DNA from: Candidatus Marinacidobacterales bacterium
GTDB lineage: Bacteria > Acidobacteriota > Vicinamibacteria > Marinacidobacterales > SMYC01
Reading direction: 5' to 3'
Assembly: GCA_965237955.1 (NCBI GenBank)
Contig: OZ250169.1
Location: forward strand, 2,624,001-2,688,000
DNA: 64,000 nt
Shown here: one piece after another, positions 12,193 to 22,122 of the stretch
How positions within the stretch are numbered: the stretch's first letter is position 1
How the letters are laid out: each line of letters starts with the position of its first letter
The notes under the pieces: generated by a model
Databases searched by the model: none
What the model was told of the DNA's origin: nothing
The model's input: the letters and a program-made list of their open reading frames with translations, nothing else
Program-made: the position numbers and the translations under genes

Positions 12193-13172
12193 GCATGATC
12201 GTGATCGTGACCCGGCAACATCTTGGCATCGTCGCAACCGCCGCGCTCCTCGTGATAAACGGCGCAAACACCGCGTCGGCCGACACGGTGGAGCGCATCG
12301 TCGCCAAAGTCAATGGCCAGATCGTCACCCTGACCGAGCTCGACGCGGAAGTCGAGACGGCGCTCCAGCAACTCGGGCCGGCGCAGTCGGAGGAAGAGCA
12401 ACGCCGACGCGTTGAAGAGCTTCCCAGGAGGATCCTCGACACCGTCATCGACAGCATGCTCGTCATGCAGGTGGCAGAAGACCGGGGGCTTCGAGTGCCA
12501 TCGCGTTTCTTCGAAGAGTGGAAACAGAACATCATGTCCGAGATGAACATCGAGGACGAAGCCGAGTTCGAGCGCCAAGTGAAGCTGCAGGGCGGGACGG
12601 TCGAAGGGTTGAAAAAGCGATTCGAAGAGGGTGTGCTGCTCCAAGAAGTGCGGCGCATGGAAGTCGACTCCAAGGTGACGGTGTCGGAGCCGGAGATCGA
12701 AGAACGTTATCGGCTGAACATTCAAGACTACACCCAACCGCCGCGGATGCGTCTCCGCGAGATCGTCGTGCGGTTCGACGACACCAACGAGGTCGACCAA
12801 GGACGGAAGGCGCGGCGTCTTCTTCAAGACGTCCGTCAAGGCGCGGACTTCGCCGAAGTGGCGCGCATGCATTCGGAGTCCGGCTCGCGCGACGCCGGCG
12901 GAGACCTCGGGTTCTTCAATGAAGGCGAGCTGACCGAAGCGCTCGCGGCCGCCGCGTTCGAGCTCGGCCCCGGCGAAGTGAGCGAGATCATCCGACTCCC
13001 CACCGCGTTCTACATTATCCGCGTCGAAGAGAAAGAAGAGGCGACGACGAAGTTGCTCGAAGAGGTCAGAAACGAAGTGGCTGATGGCATCTATCAAGAG
13101 AAGATGAGCGAGCAAATGGATCGCTTCGTCAAGCAGCTTCGTGAGCGGGCGATCATTGAGATTAAGCTTTAA
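12189..13172 (+). CDS. SurA-like chaperone (SurA N-terminal plus PpiC domain)
   Basis: VERIVAKVNGQIVT and GGDLGFF; coupled to the upstream PPIase. Confidence 0.85.
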   Translation: MSMIVIVTRQHLGIVATAALLVINGANTASADTVERIVAKVNGQIVTLTELDAEVETALQQLGPAQSEEEQRRRVEELPRRILDTVIDSMLVMQVAEDRGLRVPSRFFEEWKQNIMSEMNIEDEAEFERQVKLQGGTVEGLKKRFEEGVLLQEVRRMEVDSKVTVSEPEIEERYRLNIQDYTQPPRMRLREIVVRFDDTNEVDQGRKARRLLQDVRQGADFAEVARMHSESGSRDAGGDLGFFNEGELTEALAAAAFELGPGEVSEIIRLPTAFYIIRVEEKEEATTKLLEEVRNEVADGIYQEKMSEQMDRFVKQLRERAIIEIKL

Positions 13173-13217
13173 ATCGTTGCGCCTTCAGCCATCGGCCGTC
13201 AGCCATCAGCCAGTCCC

Positions 13218-13493
13218 GTGAGGGTCGATGTTTTCTTGAAGCAGACGCGTCTTATCAAGAGGCGGTCGTTGGCGAAGGAGCTTTGTGAGGAAGGGGCGGT
13301 CTCGATCAACGGGCATGTCGTGCGGGCGGGGCGGGAGGTCAGCCCGGGTGACACGCTCGAGTTGAACCTGCGCAATCGGCAGCTCGTCGTGGAAATAGTG
13401 GACATCCCGTCGCGGCCTCCGAGCACGGCGCACGCGAGCGATTTCTACCGTATCATCAGTGATGAGCGGATCGAAGATGCCGAACAGGAGTGA
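13218..13493 (+). CDS. S4-domain RNA-binding protein (Hsp15/RqcP-like)
   Basis: MRVDVFLKQTRLIKRRSLAKELCEEGAVSING matches the S4 pattern. Confidence 0.85.
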   Translation: MRVDVFLKQTRLIKRRSLAKELCEEGAVSINGHVVRAGREVSPGDTLELNLRNRQLVVEIVDIPSRPPSTAHASDFYRIISDERIEDAEQE

Positions 13494-14493
13494 CCCGCTG
13501 AAGCCTCTGACCATCGGCGGCAAGGTCGAGATGAAGACGCCGCTCGTCCTGGCGCCGCTCGCGGGGCACACTGACCGAGCGTTTCGGGGCCTGGTGCGCG
13601 ATCTAGGGGGCTGCGGTCTCGTGGTCACCGAAATGGTGAGCTCCGAGGGGCTGACGCGCGGTAGTGACTTTTCCAAGGAGCTCGCGGCCATTGCCCCGGA
13701 TGAGCGTCCAATAGGCGTTCAGATTTTCGGAAGCGATCCCGAGCGCATGGGTGATGCGGCGGCGATGATCGAGGACATGGGTGCCGATCTCGTCGACGTC
13801 AATATGGGTTGTCCCGTTCCCAAAGTCACGCGTAAGGGTTCGGGCGCCGCGCTCATGAAGGACACCAAGAAAGCCGCCGCCGTCGTGTCGCGGATGGTCG
13901 CTCGAACGACGTGTCCGGTCACAGTGAAGATCCGCTCCGGTTGGGACCAAAACTCGATCAACGCAGCCGAGATGGCGCGGGCCCTCGAGGACGCGGGCGC
14001 GTCCGCGATTACCGTTCATCCCCGTTGCCGCAGTGAGCACCATCGAGGTCAGGCGGTGTGGTCGGTCATTTCCGATGTGAAACGAGCCGTGAGCGTTCCC
14101 GTCATCGGCAACGGCGACGTTGACGGAGCGGAATCAGCGCGCAAGATGTTCGAACAGACCGGCGTCGACGGCATCATGGTCGGTCGTGGCGCCTTGGTAA
14201 ATCCGTGGGTCTTTAGGCAGATCATCGAAGGGGACCCGCGTGGTCCCGAGCTCGACGACTACCGCCGCGTGTTCGAGGGGTTCATCGAGAGATTGCGAGA
14301 CTATCTACCGGAGCGCGTCGTGTTGAACCGCATGAAGGCGTTCATCGGTTGGGTAACGAAGGGGCTTCACAAAGGACATGCTCTCCGTCGCGACATCTAC
14401 GCGGCGAAGTCCTTGCCCGAAGTGTGCTCGGTCTTCGACGACTACTTCGAAACCGTGGGAACGACAGAGACTCCCGCCCAAACTCTAGACTGA
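13477..14493 (+). CDS. dusB: tRNA-dihydrouridine synthase
   Basis: LAPLAGHTD, DVNMGCPVPKV, VKIRSGW, IGNGDV and MVGRGA. Confidence 0.9.
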   Translation: MPNRSDPLKPLTIGGKVEMKTPLVLAPLAGHTDRAFRGLVRDLGGCGLVVTEMVSSEGLTRGSDFSKELAAIAPDERPIGVQIFGSDPERMGDAAAMIEDMGADLVDVNMGCPVPKVTRKGSGAALMKDTKKAAAVVSRMVARTTCPVTVKIRSGWDQNSINAAEMARALEDAGASAITVHPRCRSEHHRGQAVWSVISDVKRAVSVPVIGNGDVDGAESARKMFEQTGVDGIMVGRGALVNPWVFRQIIEGDPRGPELDDYRRVFEGFIERLRDYLPERVVLNRMKAFIGWVTKGLHKGHALRRDIYAAKSLPEVCSVFDDYFETVGTTETPAQTLD

Positions 14494-14823
14494 CTAGCTT
14501 TTCGCGAGCTTCGCGCTCGGTGCGTTCTTCCTTACTGACTGCATTCCCTTGGCGCACGAGCGATCGGTCTTGTACATTTGGCTCTGACCGACGACCTACC
14601 CGTTTTTCGCCTTCAAGACGAAGTAGGACTGGCCTCGCTTTGAGCTCTTGATCTCGAATCGCCCTTGGACACGGCTGTTGGTGCGTACCGACTCGATGCC
14701 TTTGCGGCAACCGTCGCGCCCGGCGTAGCCCTGGCTAGCGAGAATGATCTCGCCGTTCGGCCCTTTTAAGTTGAAATAGAATTTTTGATTGCGTCCTTTG
14801 GAGATCGTAAATTTACCTGCCAT
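14494..14823 (-). pseudogene. YegP/DUF1508 two-repeat protein with an in-frame TAG
   Basis: FYFNLKGPNGEIILASQGY repeat. The second repeat reads LKAKNG*VVGQSQMY and stays in frame to a stop at 14494-14496. Confidence 0.8.
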
Positions 14824-14862
14824 GAGCGCGAGCGTATCACGGTAGAACGAAGTCGCATCCTA

Positions 14863-14945
14863 AAAAGATCACCGCAGAGGCGCAGAGGGCGCAGAGGAAA
14901 CGCAGAGGGAAGAACCAATCGGCGTGGCCTCTGCGGTGATCTTTT
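14863..14945. repeat. Inverted repeat enclosing CGCAGAGG short tandem repeats
   Basis: AAAAGATCACCGCAGAGG (14863-14880) pairs perfectly with CCTCTGCGGTGATCTTTT (14928-14945); four CGCAGAGG units. Confidence 0.85.
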
Positions 14946-14948
14946 CTA

Positions 14949-16019
14949 CTATCGGCGAGATTGCAACAGTCGAAGTACGTTGCCGCCCAAAACTTTGCGG
15001 ATGCGCTCGTCGGAAAAACCTCGGCGCAGCATGAGCTCGGTGAGGGCGGGCAGACCGTCGGCGCCGATCGGTGGCGTAACATAGCCGTCGAAGTCCGAGC
15101 CGATGGCCACGGCGTCTTCGCCGCCGACGGCCATGACATGCTCGATGTGCCGAAGCGCTTCTTCGAGGCTCGCGTCGCGGAGCGCTGGTGGCGCCAGCAT
15201 CACGCCGATGACACCGCCTCGGGACGCGACCGCACGAATCTGGTCGTCCCCCAAGTTGCGCCACGTATCGTGCACCGCGCGCACACCGCTGTGACTGACG
15301 AGAGGCGGACTCTCCGTCAACGCGAGGCTCTCGTCGAATGTCTTTCCGGACGCGTGCGCGAGATCCAAGAGCACGCCGGCCCGGTTCATTTCCGTCACCA
15401 GGCTCCTCCCGAGCGCGGTGAGACCGCGATCGCTTCCCGACGAGCTCCCGCCGAACGCGTTGTTCGTCAAGTGCACCGGCCCGATGAACACGACGCCCCG
15501 TGCCGCCACCTCGCGCACCCGGCGGACATCAGACTCGAGCGCATGCGCCCCTTCGATGCCGTGAAAACCGTAGAGGCCTTTTTGCTCGCGCAGCAAGGCC
15601 GGATCGGCCGTCACCGTGATCGCCCCCCGGTCTTCGAACCCCGCCATCTTCGATAGCTGATGCTTCAGACGCTCCCACGGCGAGAACCACGTCCTCGGCG
15701 TCCACCGATCGTGGAACGCCTTCAAACCGGCCACACCAAAAAACGCCGTCGGAATGGTAAACGCCGCAACATCGAGCCCGCCCGCCCGCATCCGAGGAAA
15801 GTCCACTTGACCCCCCTGATCCGCAAGCCTCAGATCGCGACGCCAAAGAAGTGAATCAACGTGCAAGTCGATGACAACGGCCTCGTCATGCAACCGCCGC
15901 GCCCGCTCACTAATTTCGATGTCGATCGGCACGGGCCGAAACGAAGGCTCAGGGTTGAAAGCGAAGAAGAGAGCGCAAGCGATGATGAGAGCTAAGACGC
16001 CAAAACCGGCACGACGCAA
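14949..16019 (-). CDS. Membrane dipeptidase (peptidase M19)
   Basis: IDLHVD, GIEGAHAL, LDLAHAS, SHSG and IGSDFDG. Start uncertain; TTG at 16019 chosen. Confidence 0.88.
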   Translation of the reverse strand: MRRAGFGVLALIIACALFFAFNPEPSFRPVPIDIEISERARRLHDEAVVIDLHVDSLLWRRDLRLADQGGQVDFPRMRAGGLDVAAFTIPTAFFGVAGLKAFHDRWTPRTWFSPWERLKHQLSKMAGFEDRGAITVTADPALLREQKGLYGFHGIEGAHALESDVRRVREVAARGVVFIGPVHLTNNAFGGSSSGSDRGLTALGRSLVTEMNRAGVLLDLAHASGKTFDESLALTESPPLVSHSGVRAVHDTWRNLGDDQIRAVASRGGVIGVMLAPPALRDASLEEALRHIEHVMAVGGEDAVAIGSDFDGYVTPPIGADGLPALTELMLRRGFSDERIRKVLGGNVLRLLQSRR

Positions 16020-16053
16020 AGCCGATGGCCGATGGCCGATGGCGGATGGCGGA

Positions 16054-17082
16054 TCATCCTCCACGAGTATGCATCTCGAGATGCGGATCCTTCCGAAGCC
16101 CCTCGATCTCCACCGGGGTAGTGCGGTCCACGAGCTCAAGCCGCACTTCGGCGCCGCGATCGTCTCGTGCGTGCCACGAGGACGTGACTATCGCGGTGAG
16201 CTCTTCGTCGGTCGCGCCGCGACGGAGCTCGCGTCTCAAGTCGATGCCCTTTTGAGCATAGAGACACAGATACCAAAAGCCATCCGCGGTCAGCCGGCTG
16301 CGATCGCACGTCCGGCAAAAAGGCGCCGTCATCGTAGCAATGATGCCGAACGTGGTGCCGTCCGGGAGGCGGTAGCGTTTTGCCGGGGCCCAGCTTTCGA
16401 GATCGAAAGCGGCGATGGGACCACCGAAGTGTTCCTCCACGGTGCGGAGAATGTCGGCCTGGCCGAACACTTGCTTATCGGACCAGCGGGTCGCGCCTCC
16501 CACGTCCATGTACTCGATGAACCGTACTTCCGCGTCGATGCGCTGGGCGTACTCGATGAGGTCGCACACTTCGTCGTCGTTCGTGCCCCGGATGACGACG
16601 GTGTCGAGCTTGAGCTTGTCGAAGCCTACGTCGGTGGCGGCTTCGATCCCGCGAAGCACATCGTCGAGCTGGTCGCGGCGGCTGAGCTCTCGAAACCGAT
16701 CCGGGCGCAGCGTGTCGATGCTCACCGTGACCCGGGAGAGCCCGGCGTCTTTGAGAGAGCGAGCTTGCGCCTCGAGCAACAAGCCGTTGGTCGTGAGCGC
16801 GAGCTCGTGGACGCGCTCGAGATCCGACAGCATGCGGACGAGCTCGGGCAAGTCTTTCCGGAGCAGCGGCTCGCCTCCGGTCAGGCGTACTTTGTCGACA
16901 CCGAGCCCGGTGAAAACGCCGACGAGACGCCGGGTCTCCTCGAAGCTGAGGATGTCTTTTCGTGGGAGCCAGACGTAGTCGACCTCGGGCATACAGTACT
17001 GACAACGCAAGTTACACCGATCGGTCACCGAGACCCTGAGGCTTCGGAGCGGCCGTTTTAGCGTGTCCATTATCTGTACCAC
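16054..17082 (-). CDS. moaA: GTP 3',8-cyclase
   Basis: CNLRCQYC radical SAM motif, LTGGEP, FCRTCDRSR...LCL second cluster and C-terminal GG. Confidence 0.95.
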   Translation of the reverse strand: MVQIMDTLKRPLRSLRVSVTDRCNLRCQYCMPEVDYVWLPRKDILSFEETRRLVGVFTGLGVDKVRLTGGEPLLRKDLPELVRMLSDLERVHELALTTNGLLLEAQARSLKDAGLSRVTVSIDTLRPDRFRELSRRDQLDDVLRGIEAATDVGFDKLKLDTVVIRGTNDDEVCDLIEYAQRIDAEVRFIEYMDVGGATRWSDKQVFGQADILRTVEEHFGGPIAAFDLESWAPAKRYRLPDGTTFGIIATMTAPFCRTCDRSRLTADGFWYLCLYAQKGIDLRRELRRGATDEELTAIVTSSWHARDDRGAEVRLELVDRTTPVEIEGLRKDPHLEMHTRGG

Positions 17083-17161
17083 GAGTGCAGCTTAACCAGT
17101 CTGGGGACACTTGATCAAGGGGGCCGCGTGGCGTAAGAGGCTAGTCCGAGGAGCTCATGCC

Positions 17162-17288
17162 ATGTCGATCGCGCGTCGAGACGTTTTGAAGATGCTGACG
17201 GCGGCTCCGTTCGTGGGCCTCGCCGGAGTTCCAGGGCTTCAAGAACCGGGGCAACCGGCCGGTGGTGCCAGCCCCCAGAGGGTACTAG
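17162..17288 (+). pseudogene. 5' fragment of a Tat-exported protein, apparently truncated near a CTAG
   Basis: GAGGAG RBS, then MSIARRDVLKMLTAAPFVGLAG (twin-arginine). The sequence after about 17288 is AT-richer and reads sensibly on the other strand. Confidence 0.55.
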
Positions 17289-17341
17289 GGCTCAGTCTTG
17301 ATGTAGGGACAGCCAGCTTTGATCTTGCTTTGAATCTTCAT
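17285..17341 (-). CDS. Putative 18-aa micropeptide MKIQSKIKAGCPYIKTEP
   Basis: GGAGG 7 nt before the ATG and a sigma54-like promoter upstream; below the ORF-track size cutoff. Confidence 0.55.
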   Translation of the reverse strand: MKIQSKIKAGCPYIKTEP

Positions 17342-17414
17342 TGTATTCCTCCGGGGTTTGTCTCTTTCGAGATTTGTTTTTCGTTTCGCATCGTCAAACT
17401 CTGCTGGGGGTTAT

Positions 17415-17430
17415 TGCAGGCGCGATGCCA
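17415..17430 (-). promoter_or_regulatory. Sigma54 (-24/-12) promoter candidate
   Basis: TGGCATCGCGCCTGCA (GG-N10-GC). Palindrome TGTCCG-N9-CGGACA at 17512-17532 is a possible enhancer. Confidence 0.55.
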
Positions 17431-17664
17431 GAAACCGGAAGGAAGGAGACGCACGAAAAGACGCGGTTGACACGGGTTTTCGCGATCGAGCGCTCTAGCG
17501 GGGCAGGAAGTTGTCCGAGGTTCGTACGGACACCGTTACAGCCCCCGTACGGATTGCTTTGGTCACCGGAGACACTCGGAGTCCACAGAGGATTGCAGGC
17601 TGGAAGCTCGAGCGCTCAGTCCTCGCACGAGCAACTCGATGCGCTGAACGCTGAATGCTGAACC

Positions 17665-17697
17665 AAAAAAAAGGGCGGAGGCAGCGATGCCTCCGCC
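17665..17697 (-). terminator. Rho-independent terminator of trxA
   Basis: GGCGGAGGCA/TGCCTCCGCC stem with an A8 run on + (U run on -). Confidence 0.85.
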
Positions 17698-17733
17698 GTG
17701 TGGAAAATGTGAAGTTATTCTTGCGCGGGCCGC

Positions 17734-18075
17734 TCAGGACACGACCGCGATCAAGCTGTTGAGCTTCTCCGCGAGCGCGTCTTTCTGTGCGGCTCCAACG
17801 AGCTGCTCCGCGACTTTGCCGTCACGGAAGAACAGAAGCGTAGGGATCGAGCGCACGCCGTACTCCTGGGCCAGTTTCGGCTGCTCGTCGACGTTCACTT
17901 TGACCACTTTGGCCTTGCCGTCGAAATCGGCCGCCAGCTCTTCGATGGCGGGCGCGATCATCTTGCACGGGCCGCACCATTCAGCCCAAAAGTCCACGAG
18001 GACGGGCTGTGAGGACTCGATCACCTCACTCTTAAAGTTCTCCTCTGTGGCGGTAATGTATTTGGCGTCACCCAT
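17734..18075 (-). CDS. trxA: Thioredoxin
   Basis: [11 protein letters not shown] and SIPTL. Confidence 0.96.
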   Translation of the reverse strand: MGDAKYITATEENFKSEVIESSQPVLVDFWAEWCGPCKMIAPAIEELAADFDGKAKVVKVNVDEQPKLAQEYGVRSIPTLLFFRDGKVAEQLVGAAQKDALAEKLNSLIAVVS

Positions 18076-18701
18076 GATGCGGGTCTCCTTTCAGTGCGTT
18101 GCTTTCCCGTCAGCGACGGCAACGCAGGTTCGTCCAAAACCGAAAGCGTGACGTCGACGACGTCCTGCAACATGTCGACATCCACGCAACACCTCGATAA
18201 AACTCGGAGTCCTTGTAGACCGTTCGTTAAGAAGCGCGCCAGCGCGCGGGGCTCGTGCCGCTCCGAGATGTCGTCTGATTTCGCGAGCGCGCTCTCGAAA
18301 GCGTCTTCCACCCGGCGGAGATTCTTCCGGACGCGGGAGGCCGTTTCTTCGTCCCCCTCGGACAGGGCGACAGCCGTGTTGGTGATAAAACAGCCGCGGC
18401 TGCCGCTATCGCACGCGCAATCGAGCACGACGTCGCGGAAGATCCTTGCAATCCGCTCCCGGGCCGGCAACGACTCCGACAGGATTCCGACCATCTTGCG
18501 GTAGAAACGCTCTTCGTAGCGGTCGAGAGCCTCCAGAAACAACTGTTGCTTGCCGCCGAACGCGGCGTAGAGGCTTCCTCGCTGTATGCCCATGGAGTCG
18601 ACTAGATCTTGCACCGACGTCCGGTCGTAGCCCCGCGTCCAGAACACTTGGATCGCGCGGTCCAAGACCACATCGCGGTCGAACTCTCGAGGCCGTGCCA
18701 T
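18021..18701 (-). CDS. TetR/AcrR regulator (NemR/ComR-like)
   Basis: MARPREFD...FWTRGY...[10 protein letters not shown] and RGCFITN. The C-terminus runs about 55 nt into trxA. Confidence 0.88.
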   Translation of the reverse strand: MARPREFDRDVVLDRAIQVFWTRGYDRTSVQDLVDSMGIQRGSLYAAFGGKQQLFLEALDRYEERFYRKMVGILSESLPARERIARIFRDVVLDCACDSGSRGCFITNTAVALSEGDEETASRVRKNLRRVEDAFESALAKSDDISERHEPRALARFLTNGLQGLRVLSRCCVDVDMLQDVVDVTLSVLDEPALPSLTGKQRTERRPASWVTPNTLPPQRRTLRVR

Positions 18702-18796
18702 GACAGGGAGACTATAACAGTTGTGGAACGAATAGTCAATAACAACGTAAGCTATTGAAATAAAAGGGTTCAAAATCTAGTTGTATCTTATGAACA

Positions 18797-18814
18797 ATTG
18801 AATTATGCTTCAAT
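18797..18814. promoter_or_regulatory. Probable ArsR/SmtB operator
   Basis: Palindrome ATTGAA-N6-TTCAAT immediately before the ArsR start codon. Confidence 0.55.
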
Positions 18815-18817
18815 CGT

Positions 18818-19162
18818 ATGGCGACGACCACGAGTGCCCATCGCTGCCCGGACATCGGGAACGAGGTTCTCTCGTTCGAGCAAGCCCAGATTTTGGCCGA
18901 GACGTTCCGGGTTCTCGGCGATCCGACCCGGGTGCGCATCGTCCATGCGCTTTCGCTCAACGAGCTGTGCACGTCGGATCTCGCGAGCGTCGTCGCGATG
19001 AGTGAGTCCGCGGTCTCGCATCAGCTCCGCACCTTGCGCCAGCTTCACGTGGTCAAGAGCCGCCGCGAGGGAAAGCTTGTCTTCTATAGCTTGAACGACG
19101 ATCACGTCCGGAGCCTCTTCCAACAGGGGCTCGAGCACGCGTTCGAGGACAAAGTCCGTTGA
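18818..19162 (+). CDS. ArsR/SmtB metalloregulator
   Basis: LGDPTRVRI, ELCTSDLA, SAVSHQLR and alpha5-type DDH...EH. Confidence 0.92.
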   Translation: MATTTSAHRCPDIGNEVLSFEQAQILAETFRVLGDPTRVRIVHALSLNELCTSDLASVVAMSESAVSHQLRTLRQLHVVKSRREGKLVFYSLNDDHVRSLFQQGLEHAFEDKVR

Positions 19163-20100
19163 CTACAGCGAGCGCCACCTCTGAACACGGTACACGCCGC
19201 GCCATGATACTCGCGTTCTTGTTGACGTCGGGCTTCATGGTGGCCGAGCTCGTCGGCGGCGTCCTAGCGAACAGCCTCGCTTTGATTGCCGATGCGGGGC
19301 ATATGGTCTCCGATGCGGCCGCGCTCGGGCTCGGACTGTTCGCGATGTGGATCGCGAGGCGCCCACACACCGAACGTCGGACGTTCGGGTTCCACCGCGC
19401 GGAGATTCTCGCGGCGCTCGTCAACGGGTCGCTCCTCGTCGGCATTGCACTGTTGGTGAGCTATCACGCGGTGGGACGACTGCGCGAGGCACAGGTAGTG
19501 GCGAGCGGACCGGTGCTCATCATCGCGGCGCTCGGTCTCGTCGTAAATGTCGTCGCGCTCAGAATCCTCGGAGGTCACCGCCACGCTAGTCTGAACGTCC
19601 GCGGTGCGTTCGTGCACGTGCTCGGCGACGCATTGGGCTCGATTGGCGTTCTCATCTCGGGTGTGGTGATTCGGTTCACCGGATGGATGCCCGTCGATGC
19701 CATCGTCAGCTTGTTCATCGCCACGCTCATCCTCGTCTCTGGATGGCGTCTCGTGCGGGAAACGATCTCGGTGCTGCTCGAGAGCTCACCGCGGCATCTC
19801 GATACCGACGCTCTCCGTCGCGATCTCACCGAGATCGAAGGGGTGCGCGATGTGCACGACCTCCACGTGTGGACGGTGACATCCGGCTTCGTCTCGCTGA
19901 GCGCCCACGCGGAAGTGACCTCGAGCGACATCGCCGACGAAGTCCTGCGCAGGGCCACCGTACTTCTTCGAGAGCGCTACGGCATCCGCCACGTCACCAT
20001 TCAGCCGGAGACGTCACAGATCCACGACGAGCTCGAGCATTGCTGTCTCGACGACCACGAGCCGTCGCTGTCGTTCCGGCGGTTCTTGAATCAGAGCTGA
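19159..20100 (+). CDS. Cation diffusion facilitator (CzcD/ZitB-like)
   Basis: SLALIADAGHMVSD, HVLGDALGS, HDLHVW and HVTIQPE. Confidence 0.93.
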   Translation: MTTASATSEHGTRRAMILAFLLTSGFMVAELVGGVLANSLALIADAGHMVSDAAALGLGLFAMWIARRPHTERRTFGFHRAEILAALVNGSLLVGIALLVSYHAVGRLREAQVVASGPVLIIAALGLVVNVVALRILGGHRHASLNVRGAFVHVLGDALGSIGVLISGVVIRFTGWMPVDAIVSLFIATLILVSGWRLVRETISVLLESSPRHLDTDALRRDLTEIEGVRDVHDLHVWTVTSGFVSLSAHAEVTSSDIADEVLRRATVLLRERYGIRHVTIQPETSQIHDELEHCCLDDHEPSLSFRRFLNQS

Positions 20101-22090
20101 GTGGTCATGATGATGCGGTGGTTACTTGCAGTTCTCCTTTTGTCGGCAATCCAGACGCCCACACGCCATTGGCGGGAGCTTCTCGTTGTGCACGGGGACG
20201 ACGTACGCACGGAGCACTTAGAAACGCTCACGCGACGCTCGAACGTCACCTGGCTCGCGCGCGGCGTCCAAGGCCACTCGAGAGGACCTCGCGCGCGGCA
20301 ACGTGGTGCTCGCGGGAACCCTGCAGTCGAACCGCTTCATCCGCGAGCTCGCCCCAAATGATCTAGCCGGGTGGTACCGGCGACCTGGGCACGTCGTGCA
20401 GGTCGTGCGCCGGAACCCGATGAACCGCGACTACCGAATGGTCTTCGTCGTTGGCGAGATCGTGGAGCCAGTCCGACGCCGGCGAGCTGACGTGCACGTT
20501 CGGCGGGACGGCAAAACGGTCTTCCTCGGCTTCGAAGGTGACGACGGTGCGCTTCAGACGCGGCGGTTCGTGCTCGCGGAGACACCCGAGCTCGAAGTCG
20601 GAGGTTTCCGGTTCTTCGTGCACGGCTTCAACGCGCCGGACACCGAGCTGCGCCGTCTCGTCGTCGAGGATCAACGCGCGGACGTCCACGTTTACCTTAG
20701 CCTGGAAGAGAAGAGCTTGATTACGGACGATACTCGTTCGGCGCACGTTGAAGATGGCGTATTCCACATCGTGCTCGGCGTCGACGAGCGTCCGTCCCGG
20801 TTCATTGCCGAGAATCTAGTCGATGATGACGCGCCGCTTCTCGTGCGGCGCGGTCTCGCGGCCGTCGACGTCTACGACGCGAAAACCCTCGATCGATTGG
20901 ATGAGACCGCCAGGCGACTTCTTTCCACGACGAATCCGCCGTCGCTCGCCGAGCTTGCCGACGATGAACGTTTCCTAGCCGAGTCGCCGTTCGTGACCGA
21001 CGCATTGAGTGCGTCGTTTGCCCGTTTTGTCGGTGATCGCGAGTTCGACATCGCTCGGTTGGAGCGAGGCTGGTCGCGGTCGCTTGTGACGAAGGCGGCG
21101 CTCGAGTCGTCGTTGTCGCCGCCGAGCTCTTTCCAGCGGGGTGTCACCTACGCGCACATGGGCTACCAGATTTACAACGGCTATCTCTCGGAGCGAAGCG
21201 ATGATTCTCTGTCCAAGCTCGAAGTGCTGGGAATCGACGCCGTGGCCGTCGTGCCGTACGCGTTCATGCAAGACCCGAACAACATCGTGCCGCTCGACGT
21301 GCCCACCCGTGCCGGCTCCGAGACCGACGAGGATGTGATCCACGCCATCCGTCGCGCGCAAGCGCTGAGCATGACGGTGATGGTGAAGCCTCAAATCTGG
21401 GTGCGCCGCGGCTGGCCGGGCGACATCGATCCCGAGAGCGACGCCGACGAAGAGCGTTTCTTCCGCGAGTACCGTCACTGGATCCGGCACTACGCGCTCA
21501 TGGCCGAAGCCTACGATGTTCCTCTCCTCGCGATCGGAACCGAGCTCGAAAACCTAACGAAAGGCCACCGTGCGCGGTGGGAGTCGATCGTCGAAGATAT
21601 CCGTTGCGTTTATGGAGGGAAACTCGTCTACGCCGCCAATTGGGGCGACGAAGTCGAAAACGTCGACTTCTGGGATCTGCTCGACTACATCGGCGTCGAT
21701 TTCTACTACCCCCTGAGCTTCGAGGACCGGCCCAGCGACGAAGACCTGATGAAGGGCTTCGAGTCGGCGCTCGATCAAATCCGAAAGCTTCATGAGCGGT
21801 ACCAAAAACCCGTGCTGCTGACGGAGATCGGCTACGCGAGCACGAAAAGCCCGTGGAAGAGACCACACGCGAGCGACAAAGTGCGTGAGCTGGCTCCGGA
21901 AGATCAGGCCCGCGCGTACGCGATTGCGTTTCGAGCCCTCGAGGACGAAACCGATTGGATCCACGGCATGTATTGGTGGAAGTGGCCGACCAACCTGGAC
22001 CGCGGCGGACCCGAGCATCGAGGGTTTTCTCCGAACCGAAAACCCGCCGAAGAAGTCATACGCCGTTGGTACGGCTCTCGGCTACAATAG
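20101..22090 (+). CDS. Secreted protein with a C-terminal GH113-like TIM barrel; frameshift near 20290
   Basis: VMVKPQIW, IGTEL, YAANW, IGVDFYYPL, TEIGY and YWWKW. The signal peptide is in another frame (20101-20361). Confidence 0.75.
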
Positions 22091-22122
22091 GCGGCTTCGA
22101 ATCGCGCGCGAAGGGAGAAACC

